This document shows positions 42,641-54,855 of a stretch of DNA of 64,000 nt, in pieces. The stretch covers positions 372,001-436,000 of the forward strand of contig OY253668.1 in NCBI GenBank assembly GCA_958009085.1, given 5' to 3'. The stretch is from Protoeuglena noctilucae. Its lineage: Eukaryota. The notes below the pieces were generated by a model, which saw only the letters and a list, made by a program, of their open reading frames with translations, did no database searches and was not told where the DNA came from. Position numbers and translations under genes: made by a program. Position 1 is the first letter of the stretch. Every line of letters begins with the position of its first letter.

Positions 42641-45600
42641 CTAGGTGGACGGAGCAAGTCTCGAGCACGCTTCCTGGACTAGAGACATGACCTGCGGAGG
42701 CAGACAAGGAGCGAGTGTGTGCCTGAGGCCAGACGCGGTGCCAAGAGGGTCACAGGGCATGTAGCCATGGCGGAGCGTCGCACGCCTGGGCAGCCGCGCT
42801 CGCCACCCGCACTCGTCACCTCGAACATCATCCAGTGCGCCGCCGAACCGCCGGCCGTCGACGTGCGTGACTGCGCGGACTTGTCCGGGCGCAGGACCCT
42901 CAGAGACTTCTCGAGCGTCACAGCCGTGGCCTTCCCCGCAGTGGAGAGTGGCTTGCCCAGACGCAGCGCCGAACTCGGCATGCGCGTCCGGGTGCCGGCC
43001 TGGACTGTCCTGGATACCCCACCCGGCCACACCATCTCCCCGCGCGACCCGCCCCGCCCGCCGTGCACCCCCGGGAGCGCACTGACCCCAGCGCCCTGCC
43101 GGTCCGCCCCCGCCCCCTCCCAGGGCTGCGCCCGGGCCACGTTGACTGCGCTGGGCTCTGCTGATATCCAGCTCAGCTCGGTCCTGAGGAAATCCGCGGA
43201 GCTCTCCTCAACATGCGGCAGAGGCGGGACGGAGAGCAGGGAGGTGCCGTCGGCCGTCACGGAGACGACGCTGTGCTCCTGAGCCAGCGCGCCCGCCCCC
43301 GTCTTGTTGCCCGTGGGAGGCTTTGAGGCCCGGCTCGCGCGTCGGTCCGATCTGCGGTGGTGGAGAACGTGATGGTGGTTTGCGAGAGCGTGGCTGGTCG
43401 CTGCCTCCGCGTGCCGGGTAGCACTGCGGGCCGTGCCCTTGCCTGAGGGGTGCCAGGGTCTGCGCCTTGTCCTGGAGTATCTTGTGAGAGACGGACGTGA
43501 GCGTGCGCAGGGCCTCGAGCTTGCGCTGCGCGAAGAACATGAGCTTGCTGAGGGCCGCGCTGCGCATGGCCTCCAGCGCCTTCTCGTCCGACGCGACGGC
43601 TTCCATGATGTCCTGGTGGTCCGCGATGTGCAAGTGGCAGTCTGCAGAGACGGTGATGAGGCGGTGAGAGCGTTGCACACCGCCTTGCACGCGCAGCGCC
43701 ACCGGCCAACGAGCAAAGCGCGGCCTGGGGGTGCGCATTCGGCCTCGGCACCTGTGATGGCGACGATCTGGAAAGGGCTGTCGAGTCCGAGCACGACGGG
43801 GATGTCTCCCACGAACTGCCCCGGCCCGAACACCCCCACGTCCAGCAGCCGCGGGCCCCTGTGGTAGAGAGCCGGGGTCACCAGGTCGTCCGCCTCGCGC
43901 AGCAACGCCAGCGCCTCCTCCACACCCTCGCGTCCCAGGCTCCTGCGGGCGCAAGAAAGTACAAGCTTCGACATCAGCGGCAAACGAAGTGCTGCAATCT
44001 GAGATGCGAGGAGCGCCGTCTATGCCACACACTGGGGCCGCAACTGGCATTGAGCACGGGGCTAGCAAGCAGGGCTGCTGGGTCAAGGGGCATCGAGCAC
44101 GGGGCTAGCAGGCAGGTCTGCTGGGCCGCCGGTCACCTGAGGTGCTGCGGCGTTTCCGCATCCCCCCGGGAGGCGTGCTTGGCAGGCCAGCTGGGACCCT
44201 TGACCCTCCGCGCCCGCCGCGCCGGGTCGAGGGGCGTGGGGGGCTCGAGGCAGAACCTCACTTGGACCTGCCCCCGCTTGATGATGATCATGTTGTCGCA
44301 GGGCACGCCCTGGCCCTGTACCAGCTGCCCCCGCTTGCACTTCTCGAGCACGAACAGCTCTGAGACCTGGGCGAGCCTTACGGGGTCCCAGTCGCACATC
44401 CCGGGGATCTTGCGGAGGTACTGCGCCTGCGAGAGGCGCTCCTCCGCCTCGACCTTCTGCATCAGGAGGCCGTACACGGACGCGGAGATCGACAGGAAGC
44501 GGCAGGGCTCGTGCGCCACCACCGTCTGCTGCCGCACGGAACCCCGGGCCACCGCCATGTCCCCCAGGGTGCCCCCCTCGGTGACGATGCTCGTGACGGG
44601 CCCGAAGCGCCCGATAAGGTCGCTGCTGTACTTCTCCGAGTAGTCTGCCTCGTAGGGCTTAGCGTGCAGGGACACCATGCCCTGGATGAGGATGTAGAAG
44701 CTGTCCGCCACGTCTCCCTGCCGGAACAGGACCTCGCCGGAGCCCTTGGCGACGAGGCGCATGCCCTGGCACAGGTCAACGCGGATGCGGGGGTCGAAGA
44801 TGTCCAGGAGGCCGTTGGACTGGAGGATGTAGGCGATCTGCTTGGCGTGCTTGCGAGTGCGCTGCGAGACGGGCGTGGCCAACAGCTGGACGAGGTCCGC
44901 CTGGTGGATCATGCGCCGGCGCTCCCGGACGAACAGCGGGAGGAAGTGCCGCCGGCGCACGACCAGCGCGAGCGTGCGGTTGATGGCCACGGCCGTCGCG
45001 CTGCGGGCCTCGTTGGCCTTTAGCAGCCCGCCCTGGCCCAGCACGTCGAACGCCGTGGCCTGGTCCAGAGGCTTCCCCAGGCACGCCTCCCACCGGTCGG
45101 GAGGCAGGAAGAGCCGCTCCCGCGTCGCGCCGCGCACCGCCGCCCGCAGCTGCACCAGTGTCTCCTCGTCCAGGTCCGTGGGGGACCCCCGGGGGTCGAC
45201 CGGAGAGTCCTGAGCATCGTAGGCCCGGGCGATGGTCGCGTCCGTCATACGGTTGGTGGCCGAGACCGCAGACGCCACCACGGGCAGCCGCAGGGCGCCG
45301 TGGCCGTGGCCGTGCCCGGGCGAGCGGGGCGACCCATGCGCGTGCGTGCCGGCGGGCTTGCCCCCGCGTGGCACGCCGTGGGGACTGACGTTCGCGGGGC
45401 TCAGCCTCGTCTTGGGCGCCTCCCCCGACCGCGTCTGGGCCAGAGGAGACCTCCGGGCTGCGTGCGCGCCAGCCCCGATGGGCACGCCCGTGTGGGGCAC
45501 GGCGTGGCCGCCCCCGCGCAGTGGCGAGGAGCGCAGCGGGTAGTGCCGCGGCCCCACCTGCGGCATCGCGCGGTCCCTGGCCACGGAGCCCCCCGTCCTC

Positions 45601-48535
45601 GGGGGCCCCTCGGCCTCGCCCCGGGCCGCTGCCCTCGGAGACGGCGCTGCGTGCTCCGGGCGCGGCGCGTGCGCTGGGCCTCCCGTCGCCTGGGCCTCCC
45701 CGGGCCCGGCGTCAGGCCCGCCCATCTGGCGCAGCGCGGCGCCCAGTGCCGCGTCCGCTGCGCCCGGGTCGGGGTCCCCAGGGCGCCGGGGGTTGAAGCC
45801 GCCAGCGCGTGGCACACGCGGGGTGCGCATGGAGGGAATCCGGATGGCGTAGCCCTGCCCGGCGGACGCGGGCGACACCAGGGACCCCCCGGGGGCGACC
45901 CGCGGGGACGCCTCGACGTCCGGGTTCCTCCTGGCACTCTCTGGCACCTTGACGGGGGAGGGCCGGCGGCTCGAGGCGCCCTCGTCGGTGCCCTCGGCGA
46001 TGGCGGGCAGGGACAGCGCCGATGCTTCCTCCAGCACCAGGACCTCGCCTTGCCCGTCGGGCAGGACCGCCGTGGGTGACGCCGCCCCGTTGCCGTGCTC
46101 CAGCCACCCGTTCGCCATCGCGTGCGCCTCGAGCGGCGATGCCTCCCGCTCCTGCGCCGGGTGGCTGCCCGCGGTGCCTGGCGCGTCCATGTCGCTGCCG
46201 GGGCTCACCGTCCCCGTCCCCGAGCCCCCCGCGTCTGGCAGGGGTGACATGGCCTTGGGGGGCACCGCGACACCCGCGGGACGCTCCAGCTCCTCCACCC
46301 CAAACGCGACGTCCGACGGCCGCTGCTCCGCCGCCGCCCCGGACCCCTCGATCGGACTCGGCCCCCGCACCCGCGGCCCTTGCACGAGAGAGGCGGAGAT
46401 CCTCCTCGGCTTCGCGTCCGGGTCTCCCCGGGCCGGGCTCCGGGAGTTCCTCGGCGGCGGTCGGGCCTCCTCCGCCCCACCTCCCTGCCCCGCATCGCTC
46501 CAGAGCCCCCCGCGCGCGAGGTCGCCCCCGCCCGCGCCCGCGTCCCCGTCGCCCGTCACCGCCCGCTGCATCTGCGCGCGCACCGTCTCCAGCGCCGCAC
46601 CGAGCGCGCGGCCGCGCGACACCGAGTAGGACATCCCGAGCGCCGTGAGGTGGGGGTCGGGCTTGGGCGGGGCCCCGCCCGGCGCCTCTTGGGGCTCCTC
46701 CTGCTGCACGGTGCCGTGCTTGAGGGCCAGCGCGCGGATCTGGTCTGCGGGGCGGTCGCGGTGCCGGAAGACGCCCACGTTGCCGCGCATGATGAGCAGC
46801 AGAGCCTGCTGCACCTGGCCTTGCAGGAAGAGGATTTCGTTCTCGTCGAACCACTGGCACTGGATGTACCGCGCCAGCTCGTCGACCTTCGCAGGCTCCA
46901 TCCGCTCGAAAACTCTGTGCCCCCGCACCAGGTCCGACAGCAGCATCATTTCGGCGTGGGTGCGCTCCTTCGGGGATATCTGGGCCAGCTTCGTCACTTC
47001 GGCAGGGAAAGGGATGAAGCTCTTGTGCCGCGCCACGACGTGCCAGTACGCGCGAGAGGAGATCTTGACCAGCACGGTGTTGGGGTGGGCGACGGCCGTG
47101 AAGGAGTTGACGCCCCCTCGGAGCATCGGCCATTCGTTGAAAGCCCAGGGCGCGCCGAGGCTGGGAGCACGGGAAGTGGAGGTGGGGTTTGCCGAGACAG
47201 GCGCCACGAGGATTCCATTACGCGAGGCCTTTCGTAGCAGCGAGCGCCGTCTGAGCGAGCAGGGCTGCCGCCCGCGGCACGCACCTGAGGATGCATGGGC
47301 CGTGCTCCACCTCCGCCTGCACCTCGGCGGCCCGGTTCGGCCGCTGCATCTCGTCTGCGGGCGCAGAGCACGTCACGAGGCATGATGGCACACCTGCCCG
47401 CCAGCCTGCGCCTGAGCCAGCGGTCCACGTCCTCGCTCCTCACCCGCGGTGCCGCACTCCACCGCCAACGAGTACGCGCGGCTCTCGAGGGCCTCCCTTG
47501 TGCGAGAGAAGGTCGCGTCGGCGCTGCGGCGGTGCAGCGTGACGCAGCCGCGCACGATGATGTACAAGGCGTCGACTGGTGACCCTTCGGCAAACAGGGT
47601 CGACACGCTGTCAGGTCAGTCAACCAGCTGCAGCGCGCGACACAGGTCCGCGGCCATCGCGGCCGGCATGGCGTCCAGCATGCACTGACTCTCCAGCAAC
47701 GCCAGCATCTCCGCTGCGGCGTCCGGGCTCCGCATCTTGATGGGCTTTCGCGAGGGGGCGTCGTCGGCAGGCTCCGCCGCGAACCCGGCCCCGCCCCGGC
47801 CCATCGTCATCAGGTTCTTGCCTCGCAGCTCTCCCTCCTCGAACTTCTGCGTTCATGGCGCGCCACCCGTGGGCGTCACACATGCACGTGGCAGCGCGTG
47901 CCACACACGACACCACCCCACGTCTCGCCGTGCAACCCGTTCCCAAGCACACCTGCAGCAGTCCCATGGTGCGGAGCTGCATGACGACACGGACGGCCGT
48001 CTGGAAGCGACCCAGGGGGCTGAAGCCATCGTCGCGCGTCTCCACGATGGACTTGGTCTGCTCGCTGCTCGAGCCCAGGCCCAGGCCGAGGGACTTGGAG
48101 CGCATGCGGCGGCGCCCCGACCGGGGTCGCGCGCGGTCCTCCTGCCGGGCGGCGTTGCGTGCATGCACGTCTGCCCTCGTCTCGTCCACCAGCGACGACG
48201 TCTCGGCGATGTGCTTGAGGGCCGACAGTTCGGCCGGGGTCAGCAGCGGGGGCTGGGCGTCGTAGGCCTCCAGGCACTGCGGGAGGGTCGCAGAGGGCAC
48301 TCAGGCAGTTGCGGGGCACGGGGCTGAGGGCTGAGGAGGCCGCAACAGGCGCATGCAGGCGGCTCACCAGGGCAGGGCGCGCAGCTGTGACAGCGGCGCG
48401 GTCGTCAACCACGGCTGTGCGCTCCTCTACCGTCTCGCCAGCCATGGCCTTCAGGGCGAGCTTGATTCGGTGCCGGTTCGCGTTCGCGACGGCGACGACG
48501 TCCGCCAGGCCCTTGCCATGACCGTCCGGCGGCAT
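42641..48535 (-). CDS. Large protein with several cyclic-nucleotide-binding (cNMP) domains; contains one in-frame TGA at 47618-47616, so it may be a pseudogene or null allele
   Basis: cNMP signatures TLFAEGSPVDALYIIVRGCV, ILFLQGQVQQALLLIMRGNV, VLFRQGDVADSFYILIQGMV and LVQGQGVPCDNMIIIKRGQVQV, separated by Pro/Ala/Gly-rich inserts. Confidence 0.78.
44046..44125. repeat. 43-nt tandem duplication within an intron of the cNMP gene
   Basis: ggcattgagcacggggctagcaagcagggctgctggg followed by ggcatcgagcacggggctagcaggcaggtctgctggg. Confidence 0.88.
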
Positions 48536-49094
48536 GTCCCGGCGCGGTCGCCTGTCCGGCGCAGCGCAGCGAGGGCGATGTTAGATGCCTGCAGATGCGG
48601 TTGGCACAAGAGGCTCGCGTGAAGTGTGGACGTTGGAGCACGGCTGGACTAGGGAGGGCACGCACGAAGACCCCCACAACGACGCCCAAGCAGCTTAGAG
48701 AGCAACAGACGCCTTCCACACGCATCGTAATCCAGGAATGTTCTGCCGCATGCGACAAAGGGCGCGAATGTGAACGGCTGCTCTTTCTTCACCTGGTCAC
48801 ATGCAGGTCAAGTTACTGCGCCTGCTCTGAGCGCTCACGCATCTTCAGGATCATCTTATGCAAACGTTTTCACGCTCTGACCATTCTCATGCTCAGGCGA
48901 AGCTCGCAAAAGCGTTTCGCACAAAAGCTGCTCCACGCCTTTTCTGGCACAATTGAAACGGCGCGGCCTCGCCTTATCTGCGGCTTTCATGGATGCGGCG
49001 ACGCAAGTTCGTCGAAAACGTGTGCTTGTGCGCGGTGCTCGGCGCGTTTCTTGCGCCGTTTTGGCGACGTCACAGGCACTCGTGTGCGGTGGCC

Positions 49095-50525
49095 ATGAGC
49101 GCCCACCAATCTGCCCCTGCGCTCGCGAATTCCCTTCCTGCGCTCGGTCACGCGGCCGCCGCTGCTATCGTGCTGCTGGCATGTCTGCTCTCGGCGGTGC
49201 TCCTGCGGCAGGCGATGGCAGCCAAGCCCGGCCCGATGCGCGCGGCTCTCGTCGCTCCTAGCGTGTTCCTCAACATCGCCGTGGCGCATGCGGTGATGGA
49301 CTCCAAGAAGCACTCGTACGTTCTGGCCGGCACGACGGCGCTCATCCTCTCGTTCCTCATGCCCATGAAGGCCGTCGGTCTCGCGATGAATCGCGGCCCG
49401 CTGGCTGGAACCGAGGGCGCGACCTTCACCCAGTTTTTCCTGGTGTACGTCCTTCCCATCAACGCCTTTGTGCCGACCGCGACCAATCAGAAGCCCGAGC
49501 GCGCGGTCTCGGCGCATGCGTTGGTGCAGAGCGCCCTCGCCCACCTCGTGCTGCTTGCAGCGCTGGTGACGGCGCTGCAGGGCTACCGCGACCGCATGCA
49601 CTTGCTGGTCAAGGCGAGTGTTGGTTCAAGTTGCAGCGCCTTTGTTTGGTCACCCAGCATGTGCCGCTAACCAGAACTCTCCTGACCCTAGGCTGCTGCT
49701 GCAGGACTTCCTCAATGGCCTGAGCCTCCACTGCTTCTTGGCGGTGACGCTCGACCTGCACGGAGTCGTTGGTATCCATTTCTTCGGATTGGCGTGCGAG
49801 CGGCACCACCACTACCCGTTCCTGGCACGGTCGGTCGCCTCCTTCTGGACGAGGTGGAACCTCGTCGTGGGCAGCATCCTTCGCGCCGTCGGTGAGAGGG
49901 CTAGGACGCGTCCTGCCGATGCAAGCCTTCTTCGCGTGCATGGCTGCGCGGTGCTGAGAGGATGGGGCTCACACGATGCATGTCTCGTCGCCCCACTTGC
50001 AGTGTATGAGCCGATTGCCGAGGGCAAGCTCATTGCCGCCGGAAGCGGGTCAGACGGCAAGCTGCGGCCGTGGCGCATCTGGGGCGTCGACTCCCGGGAC
50101 CTGGGGGCAACGGCCTCCTTCCTCGCGAGCGCCCTGATGCACGAGTGGGCCTTTTGGTTTCTAACGGGTGGAATTTACGGCGGCATCTTCTCTCCTGAGC
50201 TGCGCTGGTTCTGGTTCTTCATTCTGCAGGTATGTGAGTTGCATTCAGGTGCTATGTGCAGTCGCCACCCATTCACGAGCGCGACATGCCACCGCCCCCC
50301 CCTTCCCAGGCGCCGGTGATTGTGATCGAGAGGATTGCGCGGGGCTTTGCCTACCGCGCAGGCGTACCGAAGGACAGCTGGCTCTGGTGGGTGCCCACGT
50401 GCGCTGTTCTCCTGGCCATGGGGTCCCGGCTGTTCGTGGAGCCGGCGGAGCGAGTTGGCCTGGCCAACCAAGTTCTATCCGAGATCAACAGCGTCATCTG
50501 GGCCACGGGGGGTGCAATCAGGTGA
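49095..50525 (+). CDS. MBOAT-family (wax synthase / long-chain-alcohol O-acyltransferase-like) membrane protein
   Basis: Multiple TMs. Motifs PFLARSVASFWTRWNLVVGSILRAV-VYEP, ATASFLASALMHE (catalytic His) and WFWFFILQA. Confidence 0.9.
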
Positions 50526-51150
50526 GACGTCAAGGCAGGGGTAGGCAGGGTGGGAGGTGCCATGATGGGGTCCTGTGCTCAACGCATCATTCGTTCCATG
50601 CCCACGCAGTGCGGCAGCAGAACGCGTCCTCGCCTACAGGCCCTCGTCACTCCTTGCCATGTGACCATGTCCCTGCCTCGGACCCTCCCCAGTTCTTTCT
50701 CAATGTGAGCCCGAGAAACAGTCCAAGAACTTTCACATGTCCCGACCAGTCCAGTTGCACTTGACATTCTCCCCCGGCGCATCTCTAATGACTGCACTTC
50801 TGTGTGCAAAGGCTCTGCAGTTTAGACCCCCTGGCGCAGCTCCCCGCCCCGTGATTGATTGAGGCAGGGGTGATGGAGGATGATGCCTCACCGTCGTAGT
50901 AGCTGTGATTTCAAGCGGCGCACGTCACATGCAACGGGAGTCTGGCGCACACATCACGTTCCAAACCCTCAGGCTGACTCTGTCCCGCATCATATGCTCT
51001 TTCGTCGACGTCTTGTGCACACTCTGTGTTGTCCTTGGTAGCTGCAGTCGGGGAAAGGTAAAAAGGATCCCCCCCTGATCAGGAAGCCTTTCATTGCATA
51101 AGTGGGTCGCGTGGTGTAGCTGGGAGATGATACGATAGGTGGCGGGCGCA

Positions 51151-54100
51151 ATGGACAGCGCGGGGGAGAAGCGGTCGCGATGGTGGCAGCCGCAAAAGCC
51201 GGCGGCGGAGCTGGGGGACTTTGGCGGCGATCTGGAGACGCTGGACGCTCATCTCGCTGGCACGGACTTCTCGTCGTGGAGTCTAGCGGTGAGGGTCGTG
51301 CGGGGTGGTTGTCGCGGCGTTGGCGGCTTGGGCTTTCCGTTTGATCGGCCGGAGACAGCGGCCACCGTGGAGCCTTTGCCGCGCAGGAGATTAAGTCGTT
51401 CCTTGACCGGCGCGGCGTCGACTACCCGGCGCATGCCGAGAAGTTTGAGTTGGAGCTCCTGGCGCGCGAGAACGAGCGCGAGTTTGGCACAGCAACCAAG
51501 GAGGCGAACGACCGAGGCCACGATGACGACGACGATCCCCTGGAGGCTTTCTTCGAAGCGAACGGTTAGTCCTGATTTCACTTCGCGGCGGCCCCAGCTC
51601 CCGCGGCCCTCTTGGGCGGAGCATCGTCTCCACGACGCTTGTGCAGAGAAGAGTGCCCTGGATGAGCCGAAGGCGAAGAAGCACAAAGCTGCTTTGCTTG
51701 AGATGGACGAGGCGGAGGACCACGTCGAGAGGTGTGTGATGCGCCGCGCGTTCGGTGGCAGGGCCTGGGGGGGGGCTCACGTGCTTTTGCTGAAGCTCCG
51801 CCTTGCCGTCGCTCTGCAGCTACCTGAAGGCGCGCAACGAGGGCACGCTCTCCACGTATGGGATGATCGCGGCGGCAGCAGCTGGGCAGACGGACGTCAA
51901 CGCCGCGGCGGCGATGGTGAGCCGACGCGTCACCCCAGGCCCGGACTGGGCTTGCGGCATGCAGCCCCAGCAGCAGCAACAGAGCCAACACAGCAGGCAT
52001 CGCGGTGCGGCCGGCCCATCGCAGCGCCCGTGTCCCCCCGCAGGCGGCGCAGCTGACACAGGGCCGCGCCGAGTTGGAGTTCGACGTGGACGGCAACCCG
52101 GTCGTGAAGCGCAAGCGTGACATCGAGCCTCTCCCTGCGGTGGACCACTCCAAAATGGACTACGCGCCCTTCAACAAGGACTTCTACGAGGAGCACGAGG
52201 CGGTCCGCGCGATGACGGTGGAGGAAGTGGAGGCGGCGCGGAGACGTCTCGACTTGCAGGTATCTGGTGCCGACCCCTCGGCGGTCCCCAAGCCCGCCGA
52301 GGCCTTTGCGTACATGGGTTTCGATCACATACTCACGGCCGCGCTCAAGAAGGCCGGCATGGAGAAGCCATCGCCCATCCAGGCCGCTGCCATCCCAGGT
52401 GGGCGCTCAGCAGCTGCTGGGGCCAGAGCTGGGTGCCTCGATCTGCGTGCATTCACTCTGTGCCCTTGCCTCGCCGCAGTGGCCCTGTCAGGGTTCGACG
52501 TCATCGGCATCGCCAAGACCGGGTCCGGCAAGACGCTGGCGTACGTCCTCCCGATGTGCGTGCATGTGATGGACCAGCCGGAGCTCGCGAGGGGCGAGGG
52601 GCCCGTGGCGCTGATCGTCTGTCCGACGCGGGAGCTCGCCCAGCAGGTCCACCGGGAGGCCTCGCGGTTCGCGGGGGCGTACGGCATGGCGTGCGTGGCG
52701 GGGCTGGGCGGGATGGACAAGAAGGAGCAAATCATGGCGCTCAAGCACGGCGCCGAGGTGCTCGTGGGCACGCCAGGCCGCATCATCGACCTGGCCGGGC
52801 CCCGCGACCGGGCCTGCACGCTGCGGCGCGTCACGTACCTCGTGCTGGACGAGGCAGACCGCATGCTGGACCTGGGATTCGAGCCCCAGGTCCGGTCGAT
52901 CTGCGACGCGGTGCGCCCGGACCGGCAGACGCTTCTCTTCAGCGCCACCATGCCACGGCACGTGGAGCGGCTGGCGGCAGCCGTCACGTCGGACCCCGTG
53001 CGCGTCGCGGTGGGTCCCGAGGGCGCCGCCAACAGGGACGTGCGGCAGGAGGCCGTGGTGTTCGCCAGCGAGGGGAGCAAGCAGGCGTGGCTGGACTACA
53101 ACCTGCAGGCCATCGTTGACCAGGGCGACGTCATTGTCTTCGTGTCGCGCGTGGCGGCGGTGGACGAGATGGTCGCGCGCCTCAAAGAGAGGGGCTTCCG
53201 CGCCGCCGCCCTCCACGGCGACATGCACATGGCGGAGCGGATGCGCGCCGTGCGGGGCCTCCGCGACGGCGACGTGCACGTGCTGGTGGCGACAGACGTG
53301 GCGGCGCGGGGGCTCGACATTCGGACGGTCCGCACGGTCATCAACTACGACCCCGCGAAGGACCCGGACACGCACGTGCACCGCGTGGGGCGCACCGGGC
53401 GCATGGGCGACCGGGAGGGCGTCGCCTACACCCTGCTGACCTCGGAGCAGCCGAGAGAGGCCGCCCACGTGTTTGCGTCCATCATCGCCGCCGGCCAAGC
53501 GGCGCCCCAGGCGCTCCGGGAGCTGGCGTACCGGGACCGGTCCTACCGCAAGGATCGGACGCGTGCCAAGGGAACCCGGGGCGGCAAGACCGTGACATTG
53601 CGGACGACGCGGGCCAGGATCGGATCCGCGGACCTGGTGGTGGGGCCGCAGACGACGGAGCAGGCCATCGCCATGATGCCCGGGCAGCTGCCGCCCCCTC
53701 CGCCCATGCCGCCCGGGGGCCAGCCGGGGGGCCAACCTGCTGCATCATCGCTGCCCCCGCCCCCTCCGGTCCCCGCCAGCGTGCCGGCCACCCCGCCAGC
53801 GCCTGCCGCAGCACCTGCACCCGCACTCGCACCTGCGCCGGCTCCCACCCCGCGGCCGGTGCAGCAGCCGACCCGCCCGACATTCCTGAATCAGAATCCG
53901 CTGCTGAAGCACGTGGCGGGGGTCATGCCTCGGCCCCCAGCTGCCGCACCGCCCCAGCCACGGCCCACAGCCCCGGCGGCGTCTCCGGCGGCGGAGCGTC
54001 AGGGCCCGGCTACGACCGCGCAGGCCCGGGAGGAGCTGGCAGGGATGCTGCGGGCGCGCGACAGTGGCCGTGGTGCGATGCGGGGCTTCCGGGCCGCATC

Positions 54101-54635
54101 GACGGGCGCCGTGCAGCCGGACGCCCCGCTGGTCGAGGTCGTGGCGCCCAAGCGGACGTCGGGGCGCGACCCGCATGCTCGGGACGCCTACCACGTCGGC
54201 GGGGGTGCGGACATGCAGGTGAGGGACGGCGCAATATTGGGCAGTTGCAATCACGGCGGCTTCGTGGCAGACATCACAACTCTCCATTCTCTGTCTTGCA
54301 AAGTGCTCCCCTGCCATCGCCATGCCTCGCAGATGCCGCACCATTTGGGGAGCCACAGCGAGGCGGCGGTGGTGGTGGAGCCCCCCAGGCGCAAGGCCAG
54401 CCGTTTCGGGGCACCGGAGGCCGCCACGCTGCCTGGGCCCCCGCAGCCGCCAGGTGCAGCCCAGGCAGGTGCAGCCCAGCCCAGTGGGCCGGCTGGTGGG
54501 ACCGACCCAGCGGCACGAGCGAGGGAGCTGGCGCGCCTGTTCGCCATGCAGTACGGCGGTGCGGGGAGCGGGGGTGGGGGTGGGGGACAGGAGCCGGGTC
54601 ATTGGCCTGTCGGGGGTAGCAAGGGCGAAACTTAG
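51151..54635 (+). CDS. DDX42: DEAD-box RNA helicase DDX42/RH24-like
   Basis: DDX42-type N-terminus DDDDPLEAFF, DGNP..IEPLPAVDHSKMDYAPFNKDFYEEH. Core motifs PSPIQ, AKTGSGKT, PTRELA, DEADRM, SAT, ATDVAARGLD and HRVGRTGR. Pro-rich tail. Confidence 0.9.
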
Positions 54636-54855
54636 TGCCCGATCGCCGCGCATCGCGCTGGCCTGTCACTTGGTACATTTCCGGACTCTGAAATCCAGCT
54701 ATGGTTTGAAATGACACGCTATGTTGACTAGAGATGCCCCCTAGCTTTGCTAATTCGGCCGACTCGTCACGTAACACCTGTACCCAACATCACCGCCATT
54801 GCTACTCGCCGCCGCACCCCTCGCACGCCCCCGCTGCGAGTCATGTCCGCCTAGT

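Noticed and set aside
19111..50525. Carbon-storage gene cluster (seipin, sucrose synthase, MBOAT acyltransferase)
   Set aside because: The genes are interspersed with unrelated housekeeping genes, and no shared regulatory signal is visible.
50870..50985. TGATG...CTGA snoRNA-like stretch between MBOAT and DDX42
   Set aside because: The C box is imperfect, and there is no recognisable guide or terminal stem.
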